A stretch of DNA of 64,000 bases from Minisyncoccota bacterium (GCA_021734905.1 JAIPIB010000003.1:1334-65333), one strand, 5' to 3'. Positions 21,100-31,506 are shown, counted from the first letter of the stretch. Numbers and translations are program-made. Notes: generated by a model not told the origin, from the sequence alone.

Positions 21100-21743
21100 A
21101 TCTTATGAGGCTTCATTCTAGCAGACTTCTTCTTATCCCAATCGGCAATATCTGCAGATTTTCTCTCAAGCATCTGCGCATTGCGGATATATTTCTTATT
21201 TTGATGTGGAATTACCTTTAGATATGGAGTATCGTATATTCTTTCAGCAATACTCCATAAATCTTGCTTTGCGAAAATCCATTGTTTTCCAAAACGATTC
21301 AAATTAATCGGTTTTGTATAACCAAGAAGTGTTTTCTCGCCATTCTTTACAAGAAAATATTCATGAAAATATGACATAACAAGCTCCCTCAGAGTTCGGT
21401 ATACTGGATCACGATATCTTAAGACAGCATGATTCGTCTTACTAATTGCGCCGTAGTATCCATTTCTACGAAAAATCGTAACTACATGATCATAATCATC
21501 CTTTGAGGAAACTTTTAAATTAACCACGAGTGGTTTTTCACCCTGAAGAAGTAAACATACTCCAGCAAACATTGCTCCTTCAATACAGTGGGCCTTATTT
21601 TCTCTCAGGACTCTAAGTGGCGACAAGCACGTTTCACCGCTCAACTCGTGATTAAAAGGTATTTTCTCAAGAAATGTTTGAATTTTATCTGGAGTATTCA
21701 GTGTTTGCAGTAATTTATAATCATTGTTTTTATCTAGAAACAT
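21096..21743 (-). CDS. papain-fold (transglutaminase/C39-like) putative cysteine peptidase domain protein; start set to the internal Met
   Basis: Cys...His...Asp arrangement (AHCIEGAMFAGVCL, YDHVVTIF, NGYYG). The longer ORF to 21983 adds a poly-Ser low-complexity N-terminus, so ATG at 21741-21743 is preferred. Confidence 0.45.
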   Translation of the reverse strand: MFLDKNNDYKLLQTLNTPDKIQTFLEKIPFNHELSGETCLSPLRVLRENKAHCIEGAMFAGVCLLLQGEKPLVVNLKVSSKDDYDHVVTIFRRNGYYGAISKTNHAVLRYRDPVYRTLRELVMSYFHEYFLVKNGEKTLLGYTKPINLNRFGKQWIFAKQDLWSIAERIYDTPYLKVIPHQNKKYIRNAQMLERKSADIADWDKKKSARMKPHKI

Positions 21744-22073
21744 ATTAACAATAAGTATACCAGCAAGTCTCCTAAAGACTCCTGGTATTGCAAAGAAAGT
21801 TGAACTGAGGGTAAAGGAAGGTTGTAATAAATCTGGCGATGCAAAAGGTGTGCTCTGTACTAAATTACGAATAAAGTACGAGGATGGAAAGTTTGAAATA
21901 AAAGATAAAAAGAAAATAATGGATAATAGTGATGATGAAGATGAAGATGGTTCAGACACAAGCACAAGTACGTCCAACAGCAACTAGTCACAAAATATAT
22001 AAAACTGCCTTACCATAAGGCAGTTTTATATATATCGCCATTAGTATATAATTCATCTCTAATCTAGATAAAT

Positions 22074-22574
22074 ATGAACTATAAAAAATTACTAATTTTC
22101 TCAATCACTGCGATAATTATTTTCTTTCCAAACAATCAATCATCTGCATATTTCACAACTGCACAGAATGAAATCTTGCTCAATGATGGATCTGGTCTTT
22201 TTCTCATTGAATATTCTTTCAGTAATAAGAAAAACGATATCTCAATGCCTATTCTTGCACAAGAATCAAATTCAAAAAATCGTTCCTTTCTTGAGTATTC
22301 TATTTTCAACAGTCAAGGAGAGACTGTTTCTGGTAAAACAACAGCCATTGTCCTCAGCAATGCACAGATTTTGGATTCGAGATTATATAAAATACCAAAA
22401 GGAACTTTCGGAACATTTACTCTAGCTGTTGTCTTTACTCCAGAAATAAAAGATAAAAAAGAGAAATATCGACTTGAGGTGACCAGTCTCCCTTTTGATT
22501 TTATAGGGCAGGCTCAGCTACAACTAAACCCAAGCGAGCTCCAATACTACACGACGAAATTTCTTCGACTCTAA
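22074..22574 (+). CDS. hypothetical secreted protein
   Basis: 166 aa; signal peptide MNYKKLLIFSITAIIIFFPNNQSSA. Confidence 0.45.
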   Translation: MNYKKLLIFSITAIIIFFPNNQSSAYFTTAQNEILLNDGSGLFLIEYSFSNKKNDISMPILAQESNSKNRSFLEYSIFNSQGETVSGKTTAIVLSNAQILDSRLYKIPKGTFGTFTLAVVFTPEIKDKKEKYRLEVTSLPFDFIGQAQLQLNPSELQYYTTKFLRL

Positions 22575-22593
22575 TCTTAGAGAAATTAGAATT

Positions 22594-23850
22594 TTAGCCT
22601 TTCCCAACATTATCTCCAGCAACCCACCCTGTCGTCCAACAAAGCTGTAATGAATACCCTCCAGAAGGTCTTGCTATATGTAAAACATCTCCTACAACGT
22701 AGAGATTAGTATGCAGTTTTGACCGCATGGTTTTTGTATCTAGTTCCTCAAGGTCCACACCACCATCAGAGACGACAGCCCAGTCATACCCCATTGTCCC
22801 CGTCACTGTAAGTGGAATACCCTTCATTCTGTCTACAATGGCGTTGCGGACAGTTTTTTCAAGACTGTGAGCCTTGCATATCTTTACATCATGAGAAAAT
22901 GATTCCAAGACAGCATCAACAATTCCTTTCTCAAACCATTCTCTAAGCGCATTAGCTAAAGTTTTATTTTGATGCTTTTTAAGAATATCCTGAAGCTTAT
23001 CGCGAACAGCACCGACGTCATCTTTTGGAAAGAGATCAACTACCCCGGTTACTACGCCATTTTTTAGCATTTCTTTAACCTCCAGTGCACTATTTAAAAT
23101 TAATGGGCCAGAGAGACCAAAATGCGTACATAAAACATTGCCTGACTTTGATATTTTTTTTGTTTCTTGTCTGAAAACCACTCCAACATTCTTGAGTGTT
23201 GTCCCTGAGATTCGTCGTACCCACACATCATCAACAACAAGAGGTACGAGATTCGGATTTGATTCATGAACAGTGTGGCCAATTTGAGAAAGCCATGAAA
23301 TTCCCTCACCCGTTGAGCCAGTTTCAGTGTGCGACTTTCCACCACTCGCAACTATATATGATTTGGCAATAAATGTACCTTGTTTTGTTATGATTCCAAC
23401 AATTTTTCCATTAAGCATTTTAAAGCCATCTACGCACGTATCAATGAGTACAGTCACATTATTTTTTTTAATGTACTCAATCATGGTTTGCGTAACATCC
23501 GATGCTTTCTGCGTCTCAGGAAATGCGCGCTTTCTATCTTCAATAATTAGTGGCAATTTTTTGTCTGTAAAAAACTTAAATGTTCTTTGAACGTCAAATT
23601 GTGAAAACGGTGAGTATAAGAATTGCTCTGCATCACCATAATGCCTGAGAAGTTCCCGAATGTTAAACTCAGCGTTAGTTATATTGCACCTACCACCGCC
23701 TGTAATTGAAAGTTTTTTTCCCAAAACAGCATTTTTCTCAATCAGAAGAACATGAAGTCCACGTTCCGCAGCACGCCCAGCAGCCATCATCCCTGCAGGA
23801 CCACCACCGATGACAATAACATCATATGTGTTAATGATTGACATAATCAC
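22594..23850 (-). CDS. HI0933/YhiN-family FAD-dependent flavoprotein
   Basis: DVIVIGGGPAGMMAAGRAA Rossmann motif plus ITGGGRCNITN signature. Confidence 0.8.
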   Translation of the reverse strand: MIMSIINTYDVIVIGGGPAGMMAAGRAAERGLHVLLIEKNAVLGKKLSITGGGRCNITNAEFNIRELLRHYGDAEQFLYSPFSQFDVQRTFKFFTDKKLPLIIEDRKRAFPETQKASDVTQTMIEYIKKNNVTVLIDTCVDGFKMLNGKIVGIITKQGTFIAKSYIVASGGKSHTETGSTGEGISWLSQIGHTVHESNPNLVPLVVDDVWVRRISGTTLKNVGVVFRQETKKISKSGNVLCTHFGLSGPLILNSALEVKEMLKNGVVTGVVDLFPKDDVGAVRDKLQDILKKHQNKTLANALREWFEKGIVDAVLESFSHDVKICKAHSLEKTVRNAIVDRMKGIPLTVTGTMGYDWAVVSDGGVDLEELDTKTMRSKLHTNLYVVGDVLHIARPSGGYSLQLCWTTGWVAGDNVGKG

Positions 23851-23887
23851 GAAATAATAGCATAATCAACCCTCAAATAAAAGAACT

Positions 23888-24601
23888 ATGGAATTCCCCA
23901 TGCGTATCAATAAGTTTCTTGCCCACCAAGGCTATGCCACCCGCAGAAGTGCGGATGCACTTATTGAAAAAGGACGAGTTTTTATAAACGGAAAACCATC
24001 AACTCTCGGACAAAAAGTCACTGAGAAAGATCTTGTTGAAATCAAAGATTTCGATTCAACTAAATTTCGGTATATCCTCTATTATAAACCTCGAGGTGTT
24101 ATCACACACTCACCTGAGGAAGGCGAAATTGATATTATTACTCGTATTCGCAAGGATCACAGCATAACGAATGTCTTCCCCATTGGACGCCTTGATAAGG
24201 ACTCTGAGGGCCTCATACTGCTTACCAATGACGGTAGGGTCACTGAACGTATACTCAATCCTGAACTTGGCCATGAACGAGAATACGAAGTAACCGTAGA
24301 CAAGCGGGTCACACAGAGTCTTCTCAATCGTCTTGCAAAAGGTGTTCTCATAGAGGGATATCTGACAAAACCTGCAAAAGCACTACCTAATAAAGGCAAC
24401 GATCATGCTTTTATCATTACCCTGACTGAAGGAAAAAAACATCAAGTGAGACGCATGTGTGCGGCATTTGGATACCAGGTACAATCTCTCAAAAGAACAA
24501 GGATGCTTGATTTTGAACTGAGATCACTTCGACCGGGGGCGAAATATGAACTAACCTCAAGAGAAGCAAAAACCTTCCAGACCACACTTGGTCTACATTA
24601 G
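23888..24601 (+). CDS. rRNA pseudouridine synthase (RsuA/RluB family) with S4 domain
   Basis: S4 RNA-binding N-terminus (RINKFLAHQGYATRRSADALIEKGRVFINGK), catalytic GRLDKDSEGLILLTNDG. Confidence 0.85.
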   Translation: MEFPMRINKFLAHQGYATRRSADALIEKGRVFINGKPSTLGQKVTEKDLVEIKDFDSTKFRYILYYKPRGVITHSPEEGEIDIITRIRKDHSITNVFPIGRLDKDSEGLILLTNDGRVTERILNPELGHEREYEVTVDKRVTQSLLNRLAKGVLIEGYLTKPAKALPNKGNDHAFIITLTEGKKHQVRRMCAAFGYQVQSLKRTRMLDFELRSLRPGAKYELTSREAKTFQTTLGLH

Positions 24602-25077
24602 TCTTTTGAAGTATTATCTTTACAGTAATCTGCATTAATAACTTTAAACGTTTTGTGGAAGAAGAGATACGCGACAAGGTTTGCGAAAGCAAAAGTTGCA
24701 AAAAGAGCATTAACTTCGAGTGTGTAATTTCGGGAGTTGAAAATTATCTCAATCGTTGGTGCAATAATGGCTATTTCAACAAGAAATTTAATATTAATAT
24801 GTCGTGTTTCTGCATATGAAACAAGAATTTTATAGGCCTTTACGAGGACAATAGTAAACGCAATTGTATGCAGTAACCCTAGCTCGAGCACACTACGTTC
24901 AGGTGCAGAAAGTATAACCTTGGCTGAAGATGATATATCAAAAATTCCAGTAACAAGAGCAAGTACTCCAGCAACAAGAGAACTCACCATATAGAGGACG
25001 AGTGTCAGAGCAACAAAATACACATACCCAGACACGACATAATTCATTACTTCAGCAACAAGACTTTCTTTTTTCAT
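24598..25077 (-). CDS. hypothetical polytopic membrane protein
   Basis: 159 aa, ~4 predicted TM helices. Confidence 0.4.
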   Translation of the reverse strand: MKKESLVAEVMNYVVSGYVYFVALTLVLYMVSSLVAGVLALVTGIFDISSSAKVILSAPERSVLELGLLHTIAFTIVLVKAYKILVSYAETRHINIKFLVEIAIIAPTIEIIFNSRNYTLEVNALFATFAFANLVAYLFFHKTFKVINADYCKDNTSKD

Positions 25078-25217
25078 ACTACATTAATTAATATTAACTC
25101 TTACAAACAAACTTTATATAAATGACGTGGTCGATATGCCAAATCCATTAAAAAACTGCAAATTGGTTAATAGAATTATAATCATACAGGAGATTAATAT
25201 CTAGAGAGTTTGTACAC

Positions 25218-25249
25218 AAAAACCGCATGACCAGAGGTCATGCGGTTTT
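25218..25249. terminator. stem-loop terminator downstream of cspA (bidirectional A-run/T-run)
   Basis: AAAACCGCATGACC-AGAG-GGTCATGCGGTTTT. Confidence 0.6.
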
Positions 25250-25263
25250 ATAAGTGATTTGGT

Positions 25264-25467
25264 TTATGCGAGCTGTACATTGACAGCAGCAAGTCCCTTA
25301 TCTCCTTCCTCAACTTCATATGTCACAGCATCACCTTCTTTAAGTGAATCGTACATAAGTCCGTCGGCGAGTGATCGCGCGTGGAAGAAAAGATCCTTGT
25401 CGCCTCCCTCATCGGGAGTGATGAAACCAAATCCTCGGTCAGTAAGACGAGCGATTTTTCCCTTCAT
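25264..25467 (-). CDS. cspA: cold-shock protein (CspA family)
   Basis: 67 aa; RGFGFITPDEGGDKDLFFH cold-shock domain RNP motifs. Confidence 0.9.
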   Translation of the reverse strand: MKGKIARLTDRGFGFITPDEGGDKDLFFHARSLADGLMYDSLKEGDAVTYEVEEGDKGLAAVNVQLA

Positions 25468-25626
25468 TGATCTATCATTTATTGAATAATCAAAACCGTT
25501 GTGCTACTGATCCGACTAGCTCAGGCCCCTGTTTTGTACCGACTATATTACCACACAATAATAAATTGTCGATATTAAACAGCAATACTGGGGATTACTT
25601 CTGTTTCTTATCGTGCTATTGACTTT

Positions 25627-26121
25627 TTGACACATTGCTGTATAATGAAAGAGATAGTTCCCTCTTTAGTTCTAGCCCCAAAGTATGTCATGTCAGGCAG
25701 TGCCCATTATACTTTGTATAATATTATCTTTATGAATAAAGCCTTTTTCTATCTATCAATACATACAGCTCTTCTAGCTGTGCTATTCACAGTGCCGACA
25801 GCAACATTTGCAGACGAAACGTTTAATGTAGGTACCGTAATGACCACTGCAACATTTAGATTTAACAATGAAAATTGGTTTACTGTAGAACATCCCAAAA
25901 TTGCCACATTTACCATACAGGACGACGGAAGTTCGTATGGGATGACAGAGACAGGAATTTCATTTATCCAATACAATGTTCCAAATCAAATTGGCGCCAG
26001 GATCCAGAGATTTGAAATCCAGGACCACTATCACTATATTGTTGATGGAACCATTACGTACTCTCTTGGAGATTTCTCTGTGCAGCTTGCACAAGCATAT
26101 TCAAAATCACTTTCAACATAG
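25627..26121 (+). CDS. hypothetical secreted protein (probable start at the internal MNKAFF)
   Basis: signal peptide FYLSIHTALLAVLFTVPTATFA. Confidence 0.4.
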   Translation: MTHCCIMKEIVPSLVLAPKYVMSGSAHYTLYNIIFMNKAFFYLSIHTALLAVLFTVPTATFADETFNVGTVMTTATFRFNNENWFTVEHPKIATFTIQDDGSSYGMTETGISFIQYNVPNQIGARIQRFEIQDHYHYIVDGTITYSLGDFSVQLAQAYSKSLST

Positions 26122-26179
26122 TTTATGGTCAAAAAATCACTGGTTCCCAGTGATTTTTTTGACCCAGCACTCAATACTG

Positions 26180-26767
26180 CTAGATACTTTTTACGTAACC
26201 GAGCATCGTGTCAGCATCACTCACTTCAAATGGGTCTGATTCACAGTTATCGCTGAATCCCGGCTCAATAAATACTTTTTTTATTTCACCGTTATCAACA
26301 AACATACTGTATCTCCATGACCGACTGCCAAATCCTAGATTATCTTTTTTTACGAGCATCCCAACTTTTTCAGTAAATTCGAATGAACCATCTGGAATAA
26401 GCTGTACTTTGGTAACTCCTTGCCCCCTACCCCACTCATACATGACAAATGGATCGTTGACGCTCACACAGTAAATTGCATCAATACCAAGTGCTTTAAA
26501 TTCCTCAAACTTGGATTCATAGCCTGGAAGATGCGTTGATGAACATGTAGGTGTATATGCTCCTGGCAAAGCAAAGACAATTACCTTCTTTCCAGAGAAC
26601 ATTTCGTCTGTGGTTAACTCTCCCCACTCTGCATCAATAGCTGAACAGAGACCTGTTTGAACTTCGTGTGGCACACGAACCTTAAAAGTAACTTCTGGTA
26701 CCTGCTTTACAAAATTTTCTTCTGTCATATTTTCAATAAATATTATTGTGGGTAAATCAAATTTCAA
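26180..26767 (-). CDS. peroxiredoxin, Prx5 subfamily
   Basis: VIVFALPGAYTPTCSSTHLPGY peroxidatic Cys motif. Confidence 0.8.
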   Translation of the reverse strand: MKFDLPTIIFIENMTEENFVKQVPEVTFKVRVPHEVQTGLCSAIDAEWGELTTDEMFSGKKVIVFALPGAYTPTCSSTHLPGYESKFEEFKALGIDAIYCVSVNDPFVMYEWGRGQGVTKVQLIPDGSFEFTEKVGMLVKKDNLGFGSRSWRYSMFVDNGEIKKVFIEPGFSDNCESDPFEVSDADTMLGYVKSI

Positions 26768-26860
26768 TCAAATCTGAGCTTTTCATTTTATACTATTTTT
26801 CCAATCCAACAAATATGACCAAATTGGTGGATTATTAAACACAACAAACACACGGATAAT

Positions 26861-27526
26861 CTAGAAGCGCAAATAAGTATTTCCAAAATTAGTCTTTATT
26901 CTAATAATTCCTAGTAATCCTAGAAATGTAACAAAAGCTATACCGCGAGAAGTTTTTGATCTAAAGAGGTCTCTATAAAAATTTTGTATAGATTCTGAAA
27001 AACCTTGAAAATCTCCAGCAATAACACTTGCAATCATGGATGGAATTTTTTGTTTGTCTTTATGTCCGTTCTCTCGATCATCATTCTTCTTTTCGTTCTG
27101 ACCTTCATCGATATTTTCTTTCTTCAAATCATCCTCAACAGCAATTTTCTTTATTGGCTTTATCAATGCATCTGTAGCAATCTTTTTGTACGGTGACTCA
27201 GAAACCTCGCTATAAATAAATGGCCGTGCATCAACTGTCGTTGTTGCTTGTGTCGATTTTTTTGAGCTACTTTGAGTATTACTGGTTGACACTGTCGGTG
27301 AAACAGGCGATGTCTGTACATACGTCTTGCCATTATTTGCCGTAAGCTTAAAATTTATAGAAGACATCCCGACGTTTTTTGATACGCCAACTGTATGTTG
27401 CGTAAGTGTGAAATTTGTACTTGAAAGTACTGCATGGACAGTGTGATATGGAATACTTACCAAACACAAAAGACCAAATGCGGCTCCCAATAAACCTTTT
27501 ATTCTATATTCGCTGCCCTGAAACAT
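26861..27526 (-). CDS. Ser/Thr-rich secreted protein with C-terminal TM anchor
   Basis: signal peptide, STSNTQSSSKKSTQATTT tract, C-terminal hydrophobic segment. Confidence 0.4.
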   Translation of the reverse strand: MFQGSEYRIKGLLGAAFGLLCLVSIPYHTVHAVLSSTNFTLTQHTVGVSKNVGMSSINFKLTANNGKTYVQTSPVSPTVSTSNTQSSSKKSTQATTTVDARPFIYSEVSESPYKKIATDALIKPIKKIAVEDDLKKENIDEGQNEKKNDDRENGHKDKQKIPSMIASVIAGDFQGFSESIQNFYRDLFRSKTSRGIAFVTFLGLLGIIRIKTNFGNTYLRF

Positions 27527-27527
27527 A

Positions 27528-29612
27528 TTATATGTTTAGATTTTCAGACGCCGCCTCATCCACAACTTCATTCTCAGCATTCACTGTCTGCACTTCTTCA
27601 ATAACTTCCTCCACAACTACTTCCTGAAGATATGTATCTTCTATACTCTCTTCATCACTTAGAGCATCTTCAGATACCTCTAAAACCTCTTCAATTTCCT
27701 GAACAGGTTCACTGCTTGCCGCAGGAACCTCCTCTTTCATCTTCTCTATAAGATTTCGATCTTCTTGATGCAGTTTCTTGAGATTTTCAATTTCATTTCT
27801 AAGTATGCGCACATCGTTTTCAAGTCTTTCGGTTCGTGCAAAATAATTTTCTACTTTTGCATTGAGTTCTTTAATTGCTTCAACAACAACAGCGATAATA
27901 TTTCGTGTGTTAACTGAAAGATACTGACCACCGTCACGGACGACCTCAGGAAGTATCAATTGGAGTTCTTGTGCAATAAATCCAATTTCCGTTTGTTCAC
28001 CAAATCGTTCTTTGTCCCTCCACTCATAGCGGACTCCGCGAAGTTTTAAGACGGTATCAAGCGCATTATCAATACCGTGAATATTTTTCTTAAGATTTTC
28101 ATCTGATGGATCTCGTATAATATTTCCATTTGCATCCGTTGTAAGATTTGTCGCGCCTCCCTCAAGATCTGAGGACTGTATTGAACCACGCACAGTTAAC
28201 GTTGGAATTCCGAAATTAATATCACCAGTATTAATGCTCACATCAGGATCATTGAAACTATCTCCATTATTCGTGGTAAATCTAAGGTCTGCAGGAGTCG
28301 TGAGGCTCACGTACATTTCATCCGTTCCAAGCCCCTGCAAATCAAACGTTAAATCATTGGGTAGAGAGGAGTCATAGAGAAGTGACAAGACATCTTCGTC
28401 TGTTCCAAAGCTGAAACCGGAAGTATCTCCAACCTTTAGTCCAGCCTCAAAATATGAAACATCTCCACTCTCAACATAAAATGCCCCTGCAAAAGAATTA
28501 ATTGTATCTTCTAAGTTCGTAAAGCTTGATGCACTAATTTCTCCACTTGAAACAGTAAGCCCACCTGAGAGGACCTGCACACCACTTAACATATTAATAT
28601 TGAAAAATTGGTCAAATCCTTCGCCCAGAGCAGTACTTGTAAGTGTCACATTCCCTATTCCACCAGATCCACCAAGTAAAAATGATGGGCCGTTTAACGG
28701 GTCATCTCCCTCAACGCCGACAGCATTTGCAATAAGCTTGAGTGAACCGGGAGTTTTAATATTCACAACATTATTTACTATGGCGTTGCCGTACATTCCA
28801 ATCATAAGGTCATTCATTCCGAGGTTTTCGTCAGCGGTGTTTGTAAAAAGAGAAAGCCCCCCTGTGGTGGTTCCAAATAATACCCCCTTTCCATCTGCAA
28901 ATTGAATATTCCCAGCAAAATACGAGTTCTCAGGGCTGAGCATTTTGAACACCCCATTATTAAGCACAGAGAGCATTTGCGTACCTCCGCTCACTATATT
29001 AAGAAGATCCCCTTCACCTTGCTGATTGAGTGTAAAGAGTGTACTAGCACTAGAAGTGCTCAGATTAAAAAGATGCCCAGCACGTAAAAATGCTGATGCT
29101 TGAAGACCGTCTAAGAGATCACTATTAATTGCATATCCAGACGAACCAAGACGCTCTCGTGGTGTCATTTCAGTGTCACTTCCAACTTTCATTCCGAGAT
29201 AATAAGTGTCATCATTAAAATCAAGATCATCGAACTCATTCCCAATACCTGACCCAAGCATCACCTGAAACGAACCATTGGACACATCTACGGAAGGGTA
29301 AATACCCTCCCACAAAACAGTACCTGTTGCAGCTTCGTCATATATTTTAAATACCATATCATACGACCCTGTAAGTTGTGATCCACTAGAATTAGCTAAA
29401 GTTCCTGAAAAAGGAATCTGTGCATTTATACCAACACCTGCAAATGTACTACTCGGAAATATGAAAACAAGAAAACCAAGAATGAGAAAAATGAGCACGC
29501 GATGTAAATCAAAAGACTGTGCTGGCATACTACTATCATACGACTCGCCACAATAAAGACAAGAATTATCTCTGTGGTGTAACCTTTGATCAGGTATGTC
29601 AATGCCAGTCAT
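27528..29612 (-). CDS. cell-surface fibre protein with C-terminal peptidase-S74 intramolecular chaperone auto-processing domain and acidic coiled-coil tail
   Basis: N-terminal TM/signal; Gly-rich fibre region; SDENLKKNIHGIDN...LRGVRYEWRD...GFIAQELQLILPEVV matches the S74/endosialidase-chaperone catalytic Ser-Lys motif (SDxxLKxNI). Confidence 0.7.
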   Translation of the reverse strand: MTGIDIPDQRLHHRDNSCLYCGESYDSSMPAQSFDLHRVLIFLILGFLVFIFPSSTFAGVGINAQIPFSGTLANSSGSQLTGSYDMVFKIYDEAATGTVLWEGIYPSVDVSNGSFQVMLGSGIGNEFDDLDFNDDTYYLGMKVGSDTEMTPRERLGSSGYAINSDLLDGLQASAFLRAGHLFNLSTSSASTLFTLNQQGEGDLLNIVSGGTQMLSVLNNGVFKMLSPENSYFAGNIQFADGKGVLFGTTTGGLSLFTNTADENLGMNDLMIGMYGNAIVNNVVNIKTPGSLKLIANAVGVEGDDPLNGPSFLLGGSGGIGNVTLTSTALGEGFDQFFNINMLSGVQVLSGGLTVSSGEISASSFTNLEDTINSFAGAFYVESGDVSYFEAGLKVGDTSGFSFGTDEDVLSLLYDSSLPNDLTFDLQGLGTDEMYVSLTTPADLRFTTNNGDSFNDPDVSINTGDINFGIPTLTVRGSIQSSDLEGGATNLTTDANGNIIRDPSDENLKKNIHGIDNALDTVLKLRGVRYEWRDKERFGEQTEIGFIAQELQLILPEVVRDGGQYLSVNTRNIIAVVVEAIKELNAKVENYFARTERLENDVRILRNEIENLKKLHQEDRNLIEKMKEEVPAASSEPVQEIEEVLEVSEDALSDEESIEDTYLQEVVVEEVIEEVQTVNAENEVVDEAASENLNI

Positions 29613-29655
29613 TCTGCATTCTATGACTAAAAACTGACCTCTGCTCAGGCGATCC

Positions 29656-30273
29656 CTAATACCAAACTGGCGTACAACTAACAGATCTCTGGTTAAAGCA
29701 ACCGCATCCAGAACACCACGAGCTTGAGCCCGCTATCGATTCATTACAATAATTTATCGAGGACTGATTGCCCGTACACGGAAAGCTTGAAACACAACCT
29801 GATTGAAGATTGGGACATTGGTAATGCCTAAGTGTTGGCGGCGGCGCTGGAGGAAACGATGTGTAACATGTCGATCCAATGCAAAAACGTGATGCCGTCA
29901 CACTATTTACACCAGAAATACTATTCCCGTTCATATTCAAATTCATAGTTGCAGTATGGTTCCCAAGATTATCAGTCCCTCCCCCTAATTCACTCATCCA
30001 CTTACCAGCTACCGTTGAATAAATATCATTCGCCGTTACATTACCTGCAGTGGTAAGACTTCCTGCAGTAAAATCACCAGTCTTCGTCTGTGCAGTTGCA
30101 CTTGTGTTAATTGGCGCACTCACATTACCACTGGGCGGTGGAAGATTTGGTGGTGTCCACGTGGTAGCAAACACATATGAAATACTGAATGCAAATATAA
30201 GAACTATTGCTGAGACGAATGATGTTTTGTGGGGTTTATTGAGCATAATCATTTTCAAAAACTTGGATCTCAC
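29656..30273 (-). CDS. secreted protein with Cys-rich C-terminal module (13 Cys in the last ~70 aa)
   Basis: signal peptide (FVSAIVLIFAFSISYVFA), Pro-rich linker, then FCIGSTCYTS...CPNLQSGCVSSFPCTGN...CNESIAGSSSWCSGCGCFNQRSVSC. Confidence 0.45.
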   Translation of the reverse strand: MRSKFLKMIMLNKPHKTSFVSAIVLIFAFSISYVFATTWTPPNLPPPSGNVSAPINTSATAQTKTGDFTAGSLTTAGNVTANDIYSTVAGKWMSELGGGTDNLGNHTATMNLNMNGNSISGVNSVTASRFCIGSTCYTSFPPAPPPTLRHYQCPNLQSGCVSSFPCTGNQSSINYCNESIAGSSSWCSGCGCFNQRSVSCTPVWY

Positions 30274-30847
30274 TTGCAGTGAATTCCTTTATATCTTTTA
30301 TATTTTCAATTGCTGTAATCGTAATGAGATTGCCGACTTGTATATTGCTAACTTCAGTAGGAATCAGTGAAAACGGTGTTGGTGGAGTTGGGAGAGATGT
30401 TGCTCCTATACTTGATGTGGCAACTGCAAAAGCTTCCATCTCTGCTCGCATAACCTCCTGACTTTTTTGTACGAGTGCCAGAATTTTCGTATTAGGGCCG
30501 ATAACAATAATACGCTCATTGAGTTCTGGATCTTCAAAAGGACTTAGAGAATTTACCCGTACTGAAATAAGGTTCTCCTTAATCTCAGTGACATTCCCAG
30601 AAACCGACCGAATATCATCAGAAGTAATGAACACACTGCCGAGATTGCTGTCTAAAACTCTTTTCTTTGCAGCGTCAAAACCTTCTTGATAATAGGATTC
30701 GGGTGAACGAGATTCTTCCTGTTGAAGAGGAGGCTCTTTGAAGTATAAAAACGTTAAACCTATGCCTATGATGAGGCCAAGAAACACTAGTAATATGTTA
30801 AAAAACATATGGTACGGGTGCGTATGTACATCCTGTTGATTCAACAT
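30236..30847 (-). CDS. hypothetical membrane-anchored protein; first gene of the fibre operon
   Basis: N-terminal TM (FFNILLVFLGLIIGIGLTFLYF), 203 aa. Confidence 0.4.
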   Translation of the reverse strand: MLNQQDVHTHPYHMFFNILLVFLGLIIGIGLTFLYFKEPPLQQEESRSPESYYQEGFDAAKKRVLDSNLGSVFITSDDIRSVSGNVTEIKENLISVRVNSLSPFEDPELNERIIVIGPNTKILALVQKSQEVMRAEMEAFAVATSSIGATSLPTPPTPFSLIPTEVSNIQVGNLITITAIENIKDIKEFTASEIQVFENDYAQ

Positions 30848-30997
30848 ATTTCTATTATGTATAGTATAACTTTAATATCCTTAAATATACTAAAATGTTG
30901 TTGATAAAAATCAGTCCGTCGGCGTATATCGTGTAGTTTGCTATTTTTATATTTTTGTGGTAAAAAATAATCCCACCAACCGTTTTGGGAGAAGAAA

Positions 30998-31345
30998 TTG
31001 CATAAAGACAAGCGTGAGTTGAATCAATTGAAAAACATAGCCGGCAGAATCTTGTGCGCACTTGAAAGCACTGGAGGATCGGCCGCAACAAAGCTCTTGC
31101 AGCGGCGACTGCATGAGCGAAACGGCAAAGACTACAGTCTAATCGAAATCGATCGTGCCTGCACAGTACTTGCGCAGGAGTCCCTTATCACGACGGAAGA
31201 TTCCTCAATGCATACGCTGACTGATTCAGGCAGGCGTGTTGTATCTGAAATCATAATTCTGTCGGAGAAGAGGCCCTCCCCACACAGGAGATTCACTCGA
31301 CAAACCTACAGTCCGTCCCAGGTACAAGTATCCGCAAGTCCTTAA
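30998..31345 (+). CDS. hypothetical protein, possible winged-helix DNA-binding fold; TTG start
   Basis: ORF begins at TTG with a GGGAGAAG RBS-like run upstream; weak similarity only. Confidence 0.3.
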   Translation: MHKDKRELNQLKNIAGRILCALESTGGSAATKLLQRRLHERNGKDYSLIEIDRACTVLAQESLITTEDSSMHTLTDSGRRVVSEIIILSEKRPSPHRRFTRQTYSPSQVQVSASP

Positions 31346-31506
31346 ATGGACACACCTGATACACCGGCGCATCCTCGGATGCGCTGTTTTTATTCACTCA
31401 AATTACTAAATACACGACACACTATTGCTATTTCCTTATTTTTTGGCACAATCAATGAGTTCTAATTCTGTAGAGTAGCGATAGATGAATGAATAAGGTG
31501 TACCAT

